A DNA stretch of 63,872 bases, filler included, from Phoronis australis (GCA_002633005.1; 7 parts of 7 records of this genome joined end to end with filler, not necessarily neighbours in it); one strand, 5' to 3'. Shown: positions 50,857 through 63,533, numbered from the whole stretch's first letter. Notes: generated by a model not told the origin, from the letters alone. Numbers and translations are program-made.

Positions 50857-53474
50857 CTAAAAGAAAGTCAATCGGGATGTAATGAATCTTTCAGCCACCT
50901 TTCTAAAAGTTGAAGCAGCTAAGATCTTGACTTTTGATATAGATCACTTTCTGATATATGTAAAACCAATTTCTTTCTCACATTAGAACCAACGATACCT
51001 AGAACAGAACTGGTAGTTCACTATTACTTGAGACCATGGACACATGAAGCACATAGAATAATATGCCATAACAAGCGAGCATTTTTAACCTGGTTCTAGG
51101 CAAAAATGGGACTCTCAGTTTTTTCCCAGTCCTCTCTGACCAGAGTGAAGCTGAAACCACTTCATAACTGTTCAGTAGGTTGTCTAAATCAAACATGCCT
51201 TTTTGGCCTGAAACTCGTCAAAAAATCTAACTTTTGATTGAGACCGCTTATCGCCACCAATTTTCATCAATTCGTTCCATGTTCAAATTCTGAGGTGATC
51301 TCTGAGGTTAGAAAGAACCGGCAGCTCATTTTTGCTTGAGACCAGGATCAACTAGCTGAATTTCCCGATGGGTCATTTTACTGGAAGTGCATGACCTCAA
51401 GCGTTGCAAAACTTTCACTTCATTCCAATTCCCACTCTTAATCTATTAAGATACTAACTGATATCAGTCATAATAGCAGATAGTGGTGTGAGCCAAAAGT
51501 TAGTTTCAAACATTAAACTAACGAGTCTCTTCCAGTCGAAAATCAGCGACATTTTGGACAATGAAATTCCGGCTAGTTTTCAAAAGATTTGCTGATTTAT
51601 TTTAGTGTGGACTCCTGTACAGGGTTCTCACCATAACACTGATGATGATAGGCATATTCCAATGAACTGGGTCAATGTTTATTTAAAAACGGTAGATTAG
51701 AGATGAGAATTTCCATTATGAACAAGCAGGGAACACATTTGAAACGTTCTATGCATCCATCAGGTGTACTTTCAGAAATGAAAGCGAATCAACAATAAAT
51801 ATGCAACAAAATAACTACTTTCAAGTCAATCTGGCTCAGAATGTTACAATGACAAAATTCCTATTTGGACCCAACATATAAGACACTAAAAATTCTCATG
51901 CTTTTGATTCCAAAGGAATACTATAGGTTTGCAGAACATGCCAAAAGCACTGACTGTAGTCTTCAAAGCAAAGCTGACAATTTCCGTAGAAATTTATGTG
52001 GCTTCGAGGTCAAGGCAAAAACCCAGATTGATGAAAATCATATCAAAGTACCAGAAATCATTTGAAATTTAGAGTGAAATTTTTGCTTCGAGATTTCAGC
52101 AATTTTTCTGATGACAAGAAATATTGTCAAGTTTTTGAAAACTACTCAAATACCATAAAATACTGCTTCCCTGAGGTGACGGCCAATCCCTATTGGTGAC
52201 TATAACACGATCCTGTGTCTCCATCCAGTTAGTTAAAGCTGTGTTTCCCCGTTTCACTGGCTAAAAAACGAAAATCAAATTACGCCTTTCACTCCCATAA
52301 ATTTTTTGGTGTCATAATCTTTCTTATTGTGATAGGATTCCATTTGCACACCATCTAAAGTCACAGACACTGTGTACATGGGCCGTTTGTGAATTGGCAA
52401 TTTTAGGTTTATCCAACCCCAATAAACGTTAAAGCGTTTTACTGAGTTGTTGCTAGTTTCGATGTTCTTTTTTAGAAATGGAAACAGAATCCCATCACGA
52501 TAAGACTGGAACACCGATTTTAGGAAAGTAAAAGGCCTAATTCAATTTCCGTGTTTAGCCAGCTAAACAAGGCAAAATACAGTTTGAACTTTCAGTCAAT
52601 TCAATGTTGGACCTGGTTATGGCAAAAGAGCTACAACCGCTATGAATCTGCGGGATAATTACCCTTGCAGTCAGTCAACATGTCAGAAAATTTGGGGCCA
52701 TTTTATCCGATTATTATTTGCTAGTGAAGTACATTTAAAGTGCCTCCGGAAAATAGTTTCGTTAGTTTGTATATAGATAACTGGAAGGCATTTACAGAAA
52801 ATTGCAATACTTGGCATAGCAGACAAAAGTGGATGGTGCAGTGATCCCTAACCATTAATGTTATTATTTGCATTACTAATTAACTGAAGACTGTGAGCTC
52901 ATTTGTATAACGTACAAGCAACAGAGCATGAAAACTCAGATCTTGCAACTTGCATTTAACCAAAAAGTCAAAGTGCTCTGGTAACTGAGTTCACTTCAAT
53001 CCCTGTTTAATGCTGCTGACGAGAGTAAGTCTCCCAAAAACATTAACAACAATTAAAACAGCAATAAATTGTCTTCCGTCACAAAAACCGACTTTTGATT
53101 TAGACCGTTTACCGTCATGAGATTGGTATCAAATTGATGCATAATCAAAATGGAGATAATTTCAGGGTTTGGAAAGAAACGGACGTTCGTTATTGCTTGA
53201 GATGAGACTCTACAAATTGGCTTGACCTGGCTGGTCATTTCATGTGTTGACTATGGCTTTTTGAGAAGTTCCAGATTGATATTGTTTAGAAGAATGACAA
53301 TCTGACAGATCTATCCCAGCTCAGAAATTACTGCCAATTAGACTAAGGAACACATTGAAACCAGTTTTATATTACCGTAGTGGTCTCAATAAAAAATTTG
53401 TCTTGTTTGATAAAAACAGACTTACATCAGCTTTAAATAATAACAATAATGATTGATCCAGCAATATGTACTAC

Positions 53475-53615
53475 CTGATAGCATGCTGACAACAGACAAT
53501 AGTATTTTTTCTACACTCTGGACAGGGCTCCACCGCTCAGCACTGCTCTCATACCCCATCGGATCATCACCAGGAGCATGAAGTATAGATATGCAAACTC
53601 TACCGTCTGGGTATA
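53475..53615 (-). CDS. UBE2G2: UBE2G2 exon with catalytic Cys and acidic loop
   Basis: [47 protein letters not shown]; 141 nt. Confidence 0.97.
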
Positions 53616-53698
53616 CTACAAAACAATGTATAGTAGTAGTGTTCATTGATACCAACAACATGTGCATTGTAATAATGGCAATAGTATGAAAAACGTGA

Positions 53699-53761
53699 CT
53701 GCATTTTGAGAACCAGTTTTCTTCACTGAGTAATGGGCATCAACTGGTTCTCAAAATGCAG
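53699..53761. mobile_element. Mini hairpin MITE, copy 1
   Basis: ctgcattttgagaaccagtt...aactggttctcaaaatgcag, a perfect 20-bp stem. Confidence 0.75.
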
Positions 53762-54625
53762 GCCCGTTATATAAGACTACTGCTGTAATAACAACTTGTG
53801 CCTAGCCTGCATTGTATCATGAAACGTACTGTAAATATACGTACCAGTCCATGACTATATATCTCAGTTTCAGTGATACATCTTACCAGGCTATCAATGC
53901 CTGAATTTTTGGGCCCCATTCCCCAACAAAAAGTATTCAAAAATCATGTGGAAATCACCTCATAAGGCCCAACAATTTCCTTCCCATGATTAACAATTCC
54001 TCTCAGGGTCAGTATGACTTCTTCAAAGCTTTTTGAGGTAAGTGCCCGATTAGGGGTGGCGACAGGGAGGGGGTCTTTGGTCTCCTAAGCACGATATTGT
54101 CATATTGTTAAGCAGACTCGCGTACATTGCGTTACACCCAGAAAAAATGAGCTTTTGGTACACAGCTTTGAGTCATACATTTTATAACCAGGTTTGAATG
54201 GTTTTCCAAAATAAACAGCATCAAGGAAAATGGTGTAAAATGTTTTTTTTTAATTACTAAGTACACCTATAGAGGAAGTATTGGTTGGTGACTCATATGC
54301 ACATGACTTGGCATAACAGTGTAAAAATTCTTCAGTTTCAAATAAAAATGATCGACCAAATTGCTATTTTTTCATATTTAAAATGCTGAAAAGGTCACTG
54401 AATTTCATTTGACTGCAGTGTGGCAGCATATAGGCAAAATAAAATTAAATAATAATAATAAAATTAAATGCTTTTCATGACCCATAAATGAAGAACTTTT
54501 ACTTAAAATTCACAATGTCACCAGCTAGTTTTATTTTCTCTCAAAAATCATTTCTACCTTACCTCTGATGCCTTTTAGCACATATGAAAAACAATTTTCA
54601 AATTAAAAGCAATTTCTGGACTTAC

Positions 54626-54744
54626 TGTTTGGGTGAAAGATATCGCAAGTAAACTTCATTTTTGGAGGTCCTAGTGGATAATCAGGTGGAAATGTCAGCC
54701 GTGCAGGAAACACGCCACAATCGAAACAAGTGTCCTCTGGGCCT
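54626..54744 (-). CDS. UBE2G2: UBE2G2 exon with HPN motif
   Basis: GPEDTCFDCGVFPARLTFPPDYPLGPPKMKFTCDIFHPN; 119 nt. Confidence 0.96.
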
Positions 54745-55773
54745 CTACGAAAACAACAAAAAATAAGAAAATCAAATATCCGTAACTTGGATCAAATACT
54801 AGATGACATTGGAGGACTGTCAAATTGTGAGACACTATGTGCAGTTGAGCACAGAACAACACATCAAGAACTCGGGACAAACACAACCATTGAAGACCCA
54901 TGCAACACCATATATAAAAACTGTTTTGGTTCCCGCTTTAGGGTTAAACTCTTCGCTTTGATTTTTTAACACAGTGACTTTGAATTCTTAGTTACATGTG
55001 AAAAACCAGGGACTGGATGAAGGTCATCAATAGCTCCAACATTGGAATATCCACCACCGTAATATGGTTAATTCAAGTTGTGATGTTCGTGACTTCGGCT
55101 TGACACAAAGTAAGACGGAAATAATCAGACAAAATACCGTGTCCCCATCACCATGGCTAATTCTGTTAACAGCAAAAATGTCTGGTAATAATTATTTAGG
55201 AGGCAAAATTATAATTACACAATGGTCCATCTTGCTAACTTTCCTGTTAATTCATTGTCATTCTCGGTCATCAGGGGAGACTACTCTGACGGTCATCAGG
55301 GGAGACTACTCTGACGATGAAGTTGGCTTCTGCCCAGCCATCATGACAGGGAATTATGCATCATTTTGTCTGAATACTTTCTAATTATACTGTTAGTAGT
55401 TAGGGTCGCATGGTACTTGGTATACCTCCTCTCACCATCAAGAACACTCTTGAATTGGGACCATTTACAACTATGAAATCACACTGTGCCTTAGTCAAAG
55501 CCAAATATAGACACTTTCTCCCATAATGGGAACCATACATATAAGAGATTGTTCAGAAGAAAAGTAGAAGCTGAAGATTTCCATTCCCCGTGAAACAGGA
55601 AGGAGTTTTAGGGTTGGACTATGCACATTTTTCCCAAATACCCTGGGTGTATTCTTGGAAAAAGCATAATGCTGACTGGGCGAGCATTCGGCAGGGCATG
55701 TATAAGGAAATTCACTGATGTTTCCGAACACTCTGTGAAATGACTGTCAATACAGTAATAGTTAGATACAACA

Positions 55774-55842
55774 TGCCCACATTCTGAGAACCAGTTTTCT
55801 CCACTGAATGACGGGCATCAAACAGGTTCTCAAAATACGGGC
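55774..55842. mobile_element. Mini hairpin MITE, copy 2
   Basis: Same gagaaccagtt / ggttctcaaaat arms and the same loop as copy 1. Confidence 0.7.
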
Positions 55843-55958
55843 AAATAATATCCGACTATTGTCATCTAAAACTGGTTGTGTGAACTAGTCTGCATAAGTT
55901 TACTACTAAACAAACTTTGCATACTGTTTTTGTTCAAATTTCCAGCAACAGTCACCTA

Positions 55959-56038
55959 CAGGGGTCCCAGATTTTGAGAACCAGTTTGATGCCCACTACT
56001 GAGTGAAGGGAACTGGTTCCCCAAATTCAGGACCCCTG
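55959..56038. mobile_element. Mini hairpin MITE, copy 3, with TA TSD (Tc1/mariner-like)
   Basis: ta|caggggtcc...ggacccctg|ta; loop inverted relative to copies 1 and 2. Confidence 0.8.
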
Positions 56039-56102
56039 TAAGTGAATAACCAAATTTACTTCAATAAAATTTTAAAAAGTAAACCGCTGATCGAGTTCTT
56101 AC

Positions 56103-56184
56103 AGAATAAGTGCTTCCCATTCAAAGAAGTTTTCCTCAGTCACTGGTCCTGCAATGATGCCCTCTGGTGGATTAAGCGTTAACT
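56103..56184 (-). CDS. UBE2G2: UBE2G2 most 5' visible exon (the first exon was not found)
   Basis: xLTLNPPEGIIAGPVTEENFFEWEALIL; 82 nt, canonical splice sites. Confidence 0.95.
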
Positions 56185-57030
56185 CTGCAAAAAAGGAATT
56201 GCCCATAAAACTCATTTCCTATGGCACCTATATTTAGATACAATATGAAGCATAAGGGGACTTTTTCTTTTTTCATGAAAAACGAAAAGACAAATTTTGT
56301 CAATTATTTTTTTCTGGAAGTAGTGAGAAAAATTTGTCATTGAGGTGGAGTATCCAATTGCAGAAACGACCGCTAAATCTCATTTGATCTTTTGACCAAG
56401 CACAAAAGCTTGAGTGTTCCCTTACTGTAGTATAAATCCTCAAAATGATGGTTCTAGATGTAAGTTGTTGCACACATGGCATTTGGAACAACCATTCTTA
56501 TTGACAGATAAGGCTGAATTACTGGTTTTGGGGTGAATGTCTTCAAAATTTGAGATCAGCCTAATGCAAATTCGAACCTGCAGTCTCTCAAGTCACTGTG
56601 TGATGCCTTGCTAAGTGAGCTAAAAGCCAATAAATGGCAAGCCATCAAGAATTTTATAAAACATATTTACCCTATGTCATCACTCTCTCAGTTTCTCACA
56701 GTTTCTCCAAACCTTTTGTGATTTTTCAATAGGCCTGGAATATTTCCACACAAAGCCTGGCAATGTTCTCTCAGCATGTATTCAAACACAGCACTGCACC
56801 ATGTTTAAAAAACCTTGAGCCATGTTTGAACAGTTTTGAGCTAAGTCTAAAATCTTGAGCCATGTCTTTGAAAAACTATTCACTGTAATATCTGTCCTGG
56901 GATGGTAGAAATTCCTGAGTGCATGAAAATTCTGAAATTCCCATCAATGCATCAAATCATCAAAGTCATACTGCTATAAGTACCTTTTGCGCTCAGGCAA
57001 ATACTCCTAGCTGGGAAGAGTTAATGTCCA

Positions 57031-57888
57031 TATAAATAAAGATTCCCCTAACACCTGGCCGTGGGATGGAAATCGAGTTGTTTCACAACAGTTTCTGTAA
57101 ATTAGCATGAGCTCACACGGCCTAGGTGTCCCATCCATTAGTTTTATTGCACCTAAAGCCGGTAACGCTGTGAATTATTCATTGTTGACTTCTCAAATCA
57201 TTTGCACTCACAAACACTCCAAAGGCGTTACAAATTGCATCTAACGAGACGGACTTTGTTTCAGTTTTATGTAAGTATTGGTTAGAGTGAGAATAATTCA
57301 TTTTGAAACAGAACGCTCAGTAATAAACGCCAACATGGCAACTCGCAATCCCGACTTAGGACGAGCTAGAGTTCATCAGTCCCGACTTCGCAGGTGGATC
57401 GTTAAGTTTTACAGGCTATCAATTCGAACAGGAATACAGTGATGAAGAAATACTAGAGAGGCGCCGTGAACAAGCTCAGACAACCGAACGTATGGAGTTA
57501 TTTGGTAAGCCGGCATTCGTCAAGCACTGTCGACGTCTTCAAGCCACAGACTCGGAGATGTTTCACGGCCTCATACTTGCTATTTACAGCGTACATTTCA
57601 TTCCTCACTACAGTGAGCCACTTTCTAAGCATTTCGGACTCTCGAGGAAGTAAAAAAAAACGATATACCTGCTTTCCTCGCAGCAGCTTAGTTCGGACAA
57701 GCGGGAACGATGCACCACAACATAGCGGCATTCACTCTGCATATGAACCACTGATGTCGCTAGCGTCGTTTCTCACCTTCCTCACAGGTTAACGCGACAC
57801 CTCTTGGCAAGGTAAGGTCGACCGTATGCAAGGCAATGTGGATATAGACCGATTAAGACGGCAAAAAAGACTAATTAAATCGGGTGGC
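57031..57888 (+). mobile_element. Right half of the Kolobok-like element (same orientation as about 5420-6284)
   Basis: Colinear high similarity, including the THAP remnant (57498-57731, minus) and a GYQFEQEYSDEE segment (plus). Confidence 0.9.
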
Positions 57889-59097
57889 AGCAACGGCAAC
57901 TAAAGGTGTCCCTCTATGCACAAAAGGTACTATATTGCAACATGACATTGATGGTTAAATCAGTGTGAGGCATAATTTGCCAAATAGCTTCTGGCGTATG
58001 GAGGGTCTGTGGGACGACTACCATCGTCACTGTCGCCTCTTGAGACAGTGACACTGCCTAAGACCGATGCCAATGCCAATGGGGAGTATCGTAGCCTCTC
58101 ACCAGTCAGCCGAGGCGAGGGGTTACGTGTTGCCTACAAGGTGAATTTGGTGAAGAAATCCAACTCCACTTTTTAATCACCATTAACTTTTTCACCGCGC
58201 GCGATAACCACAAAGTATTTCAACTGAGCCATGTGAGTGAGGAAAAGGCAAGCACGAGACTTAGAGTGCGTCACAAAACACCATGGGAAGATACAAGATG
58301 AAGTTTATAAGATTTGTGTCACTTGGACTTTTTGTTCGTCAACAGGCACGATTTCATATAACTTGCTCAAAATGGCAGTGGGTGAGAGAAACTCGAGCGA
58401 ATTGTGTCAGATTTTCATGGATATGTCATAGTCGGATTTAGGGGGGGCCCAAGAGGCCCGGGCCCCCCTCCCCTTGGCTGCCGCAAAAAATAAAACACCA
58501 AGAGCATAGAGAAATGTTGAGTTTATTAATTAACCCCGGTAATTAAAATCATACGGATGAAACGAGATTTAAGTAATGTGTGCAGTTTTAGTGTTGGGTC
58601 CAATTTCAAGTGTCAAATTCGGAACACGGCGCATTCGTAACGGAACTATGACTAAGTATAGGCTCTCCCGCGAAATCCCAGGCAACCGGCAGTGGCACTG
58701 CGCACCACAACTCCGTTTCCGTCGTCTGCTCCACTGTGCAATGAAGGAATTTTACTTCATTTTTTAAAGAAAATGGAACCTGAGTGACGATGAAAAAACA
58801 GAAGCTGCTGGTAAGATGAGAATTTTAATCGAAGCCTGAGTGAATCACTCAGAAACTCATAATTCTCTCTTTCTCAAACCTTAACTTAAGATGATTTCCA
58901 AAGCAATCCCGTCATTATTGCCAACACGAAAAACGGATTTGGTCTTTTGGGCATTTGAAGACTATTTTAAATACAACAAATTTGTTAAGAACCGATTGCA
59001 AAAAATACAAAACGTGTAATAAGCACAAAAAGAAGTAGGTTTCGCGCGCAAACGCTGTGGACCATAAACAAGTAGGTCTCTTAGTATTGTATTAGTA

Positions 59098-59170
59098 GTG
59101 AAATCGTGGTGGTGTAGTGGTAAAGCACGCGCGCTCTATCCGCCAGGTTGTGAGTTCTAATCTATGGTAC
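59098..59170 (+). mobile_element. tRNA-derived SINE-like head or tRNA pseudogene
   Basis: A box tggtgtagtggt and degenerate B box gagttctaatc; a similar minus-strand head lies near 56560-56630. Confidence 0.45.
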
Positions 59171-59416
59171 TTGCAGTTTTTCCTGTTTAACACGTTCTCC
59201 ATGTTTTTTATTTTTTGCCCTTTTTCTTGGATAATACTTCAGGAATCAAGGAAAATGCTTGATTTTTAGAGGAAAAAACAGAAAAATTTCCTCGGCGGGA
59301 GGGGGTTTGCCGACCTNNNNNNNNNNNNNNNNNNNNNNNNNNNNNNNNNNNNNNNNNNNNTTAATTAATTAANNNNNNNNNNNNNNNNNNNNNNNNNNNN
59401 NNNNNNNNNNNNNNNN

Positions 59417-59945
59417 GCCGAGACAGGCCTGATCGGGTTCCGAGCCACTGGCTGGGATGACAAGCGTTTTGTGTGTTTAGAACTAAAAAAATCACAAGAT
59501 TAACAACACAGATCTAGGTTCTCCTGTCTGTATTTCACGGAACCGAATTTATCTCCGAACAAACCAAACTCCTCAGTGCTACGGACCTTGGTAAATTGGC
59601 TTGCCGAACTCTGTAGGCTACGGTGTGTCCAAATACCAGTAAATCCGTAACATCGAATTAAAACAACACGTTTTTATACGAACTCGGTGTATTTAAGGGT
59701 TTTACATCGAAGCTTGATGATTTATTGATGTTAAACGATTAATTCAAGCGATGAAGCTGACACCAGTAACCCGTGCTGTGAACTGCTGAACAGACTGCGT
59801 GTGAAACCAATTACGTCATTGGATAATTTCAACACCTCCGTCAGCCGTCCGGAGTCAGTTAACGCAACTGAACGTGCCGTTGTCGAGTAGAACCACTCGA
59901 TCTAAATTGATACAAGATAGGCTGTTTTTTGGGTGGCATTCTCCT
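59417..59945 (-). mobile_element. Left part of the Kolobok-like element, inverted
   Basis: Reverse complement of about 4653-5180, ending gggtggcattctcct. Confidence 0.85.
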
Positions 59946-60960
59946 TCAACGTGATAAATACACAAATGTGCCATTTTCACGAAAGACGTCGCTCTAGTAG
60001 GCGACTGGCGTTTTGAAAATAGTGAAACCCAGACACCTACATGTATCTCCTAATTCACCAAACTTTGTGGTGTCATACTCTTCACACAATTTCTCTCATC
60101 CCTGAAGTGATTTATTAGACTAAACATGGCTCTGAATGGCTGAACCCCCACCTTGCCGCTAAGCGTGTTAGCTGTAGCCTACTGTGGTCGGTCGGGATCC
60201 GCGGACTTACATGTAAATTTAAGTATCACGTTGATTTTTACCTTTTGGTGTAATAGAAATCACACTCGTAACCCGACTCGAGGGCATAAAACCTCACTTG
60301 AAGCTAAAACTGAAGGATCAAGTCAGGAATACAGATATGTAGCTCCAGAAAAATCAAAGAATTCAGCAGAAGATCCTCCATTACCCGGCAGCCCGAGGTG
60401 TTTTGCTGGATGCATTTTTATCGTACTTAGGCGGTGACTGGAATATCGCCCTCCAAATATAGCTATGCTCAGTTTCATTCAGCCTGGGGATATTTGGTGC
60501 AGAGCATACAAATTCACGTCAATGAAAAATTCATCGTCACAAGTCTAATGATTTTTAGAAATAGCAGATTTCCTAGCTTGTAAAAGTTTGGGAGCGATCA
60601 GCCTTGATCGATGTCAGCACTTCAGCTTTTGAGCCTGATCCTCAGCGGTTGACAGTTATGTAATATGCGTCTCAAATGTCCGATTTGGTTATGGTTTTAA
60701 AGACGTCTAGGGAATACGTTTCAGAAACCTGGAATGAACAAATGTTGTTCAAATATGAGAGGAGTTACATTAATTTAAAAGGTGAATGCTACGGAACCAG
60801 CGCAATTGTGTTCTGCTTGTACAATTTTGTGTGGAAAAACTTCACGACGTGTGTATTTTGTGCAATTCAACAGACATAAAGCGTACCATGACCCACACAG
60901 TTGCGTAACTCAAAGCAGCTCTTTTGGCCTCAGGAGTTGGTTATGAAACTTAATCTTCCA

Positions 60961-61113
60961 CAGTGGCGGATTTAGAGGGGCCAAGGGGGTCATGCCCCCC
61001 TAAAATTCTCCCAGATTCCATTTGGCGGCAATTCGAGGGTGCGAATGTCTGACCCGGGCAAAATCCTGGCTCAGCCCTGCCCCCCCCAACTCAAAATCCT
61101 GGATCCGCTCCTG
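60961..61113. mobile_element. About 155-bp MITE, copy 3, 5-bp TSD TTCCA
   Basis: cagtggcggattta...cctggatccgctcctg; TTCCA at 60956-60960 and 61114-61118. Confidence 0.85.
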
Positions 61114-62257
61114 TTCCACCAAACTGTTGTAAAATGCCTGGAGGGTCATCCATACCAGTTGTCTTTCGCTTGCTTAGCGTGCACATAACCATCCATTTAG
61201 ATAGATAAATGCAATTGATTGTCACACGGCAGAGGATTTTTACCAAGGTAGGCCTTCAATCCCACCTGTCTTCTTCGTTAAGAGTGTTAGAATAAAAGCA
61301 TTCGGACTTCTGATGTTTGCAGGTAAAACACATTGCATGCTTGGATGACAGTGCATGTACCACGCGTATTCTAGGTGCAGAAACCAGTACCGGACCTAGC
61401 GATGTCACAACCGCAGTGCCACGTATTGACATGCCATTATATACCTTTGGATAAATTTTCAATAGAGACACCGTTGCGTGTGTAGGACAATAGCCGGGGT
61501 CGTATTCTGTTGATGAACTGGGCTTGTTTTGTCCACTTACGACACTGGGGTCGATGTGTGTACGTCTTGAAGTTGAATAAGTGACTCGTCTGGGGTTACA
61601 GTAGGACCTCTTTGAACTCGCACATTAATTAGGTCTGCTTTACCGGAAACTGTCTCCGATCTGCGCTGCTACAGGTAGGCCTGTGAATTTGCTTACTGTT
61701 CAATGTGAATTGCCTCACTGTGACACAACCCTGATTAAGCACCCCTCACTACCGATGTGCCACAACCGAACATGTTTCTGACTACGATATCGGCAAAACG
61801 GAAAACCTAAGACTATAGAGCTGCGTAATCTNNNNNNNNNNNNNNNNNNNNNNNNNNNNNNNNNNNNNNNNNNNNTTAATTAATTAANNNNNNNNNNNNN
61901 NNNNNNNNNNNNNNNNNNNNNNNNNNNNNNNTAGTAGTTTAGGCAGTTCTGCATCTGAACTGAATCTAATGCATCCTGAATGGCAAAAGGTTTTTCTGTA
62001 AATTACACTCAACCTTAGCTAAACTATCAATACTACTTTAGTCGTTACTGTGTGCTGCACTCTCGTCTCACCGCTTCTTAGCTCAACACTAATTCGCATT
62101 TGGCGTCCTGGCAAAATTCCCACCCAGGTCTACAAAAGTGAAAATTGCAGGCCGGCAATGGAATCTGAGGTTGACGATCCCTCGTAAAATTAAGCGTACA
62201 TACCTACATGTATAGTGACAACTCATTCCAGGAGCAGCTTGTTCTAGCTAGGGTAAT

Positions 62258-62793
62258 TCTTAGACAGTGACTACTGTCTCTAGCTGGCTCAGAAGTTTTT
62301 TTGGCAAATTATGCCACAAATTCAATGTCACGTATAAATACCTTTTGCACATAGAGGGACAATTTAGGAGGCCGTTGATGTATTGATTTCCTTCCAACTC
62401 AAACAAATACTCCCATTATAAAATTTTCCTTTGAGCAGTCCTTCATTCAGTTCCTAAAATCGGAAACTGGCGATTTTCAACACTACGCGGCAGGTGGTGT
62501 GACATCTCCTGGCGTGCGCAGTGTAAAAATAGCAAGTTATCGATTTTGGGAACTTAACAAAGGACTGCTGGAAGAAAAGTTTGATAACAGCTGTATTTGT
62601 TCGAGTTGGAAGAAGTTAAAAGACATCCACGGCCTCCTAGGGTCGGGTGTCCTTCTATGCATAAAAGGTGTTTATAACAAGATGACTTTGATGTTTTAGT
62701 CGGTGTGAGGCATAATTCGCCGAAAGCGGCTTCCGGCGTATGAAGCTCACTGTCTCTACTGAGCTAGCTTGAGATGGTGGTCACTGTTTAGGG
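62258..62793. repeat. Diverged long inverted repeat (fold-back element); arms related to about 57900-58065 and 56950-57000
   Basis: The arm at about 62258-62372 is a diverged reverse complement of about 62636-62793 (tgtccYtctatg..aaaaggt..ggcataatt..gtcactgt). Confidence 0.6.
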
Positions 62794-62934
62794 TAAGCCT
62801 GTGTGTGGATGACACTTTTGTTCAACTTGACTTACTCCCTGGTTTCGGATTTCATTATTCTAGAGCCCTGTGCTTGGGGATGAGTAGAGTGGAATCTTGG
62901 CTCATAACTTACTGTTTCATTCATTTTTAGGTAA

Positions 62935-63533
62935 ATGGGTAAAAGTGATTCCGGTCATAAGGTCAAGAATTCTGCAAACATGTCCAGTACCTATACGAGC
63001 GGCATTGTCATTTGGCTCTATGGTAGTCCAGAAATTCACGAGAAGCAGTTTAACACAGATTTGACTGCTGAAGAATTATGCCTCATTGCAGCAAAGCATT
63101 GTGAGATCACTCCTATCTCACTCCCTCTCTTTGGTCTTGTACGTTTAGATCATGTAACATGGTTGACCCCACAAGACACTGTCAAATGTTCAGATTCTGA
63201 AGCGTCGCAATTCTATTTTCGAGTAAGGACAAAGCCACATTTACAGAAGTTGAAATTTATTGCCGAGAATGATAAGGAGGCGTTTCACTATTTGTTCCAT
63301 CAACTTGAACAGGACTTTATTGAAGAACGTTTATCCAGCATTTACGATGCTAAAATCACAACGGACTTAGCCCTCGGGTTCAGTGTGATTGATATGGTGA
63401 GGATAGCTAAAGAGAAAGAGATAGACATTGATAGACTTCTCAGTCAGCATAATCACAAACAGTTTCTACCTAAGAAGGCAATAGAGGCATTCCGCTGGCC
63501 CTGGAGACACCTGAAGCTGAAGCTTAATTTTAG
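62935..63533 (+). CDS. JAK: JAK-family tyrosine kinase, first coding exon (FERM domain); the gene continues beyond the window
   Basis: AEELCLIAAKHCEITP..LFGL..WL.P..FRVR..YLFHQ..DF..LGFSVIDMVRIAKE..KQFLPK matches JAK FERM motifs (AEEICIxAxKxCGITP, YLFxQ, LGMAVLDMMRIAKE, YKxFLP); acceptor at 62930, in-frame TAA just before the ATG, donor AG|gtaaga at 63534. Confidence 0.9.

Noticed and set aside
53699-56038. Intronic hairpins as C/D snoRNAs
   Set aside because: No proper C and D boxes on the host sense strand, and the copies occur in both orientations.
31775-59170. tRNA-like A/B boxes at about 31775, 48100, 56570 and 59100 as tRNA genes
   Set aside because: No complete acceptor and anticodon stems; treated as SINE-like heads at most.
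14567-61931. Recurrent TTAATTAATTAA between N runs (near 14611, 40252, 42460, 43958, 59361, 61876)
   Set aside because: Identical 12-mer centred in 100-nt gaps with stops in all six frames: an assembly linker, not biology and not a CRISPR repeat.
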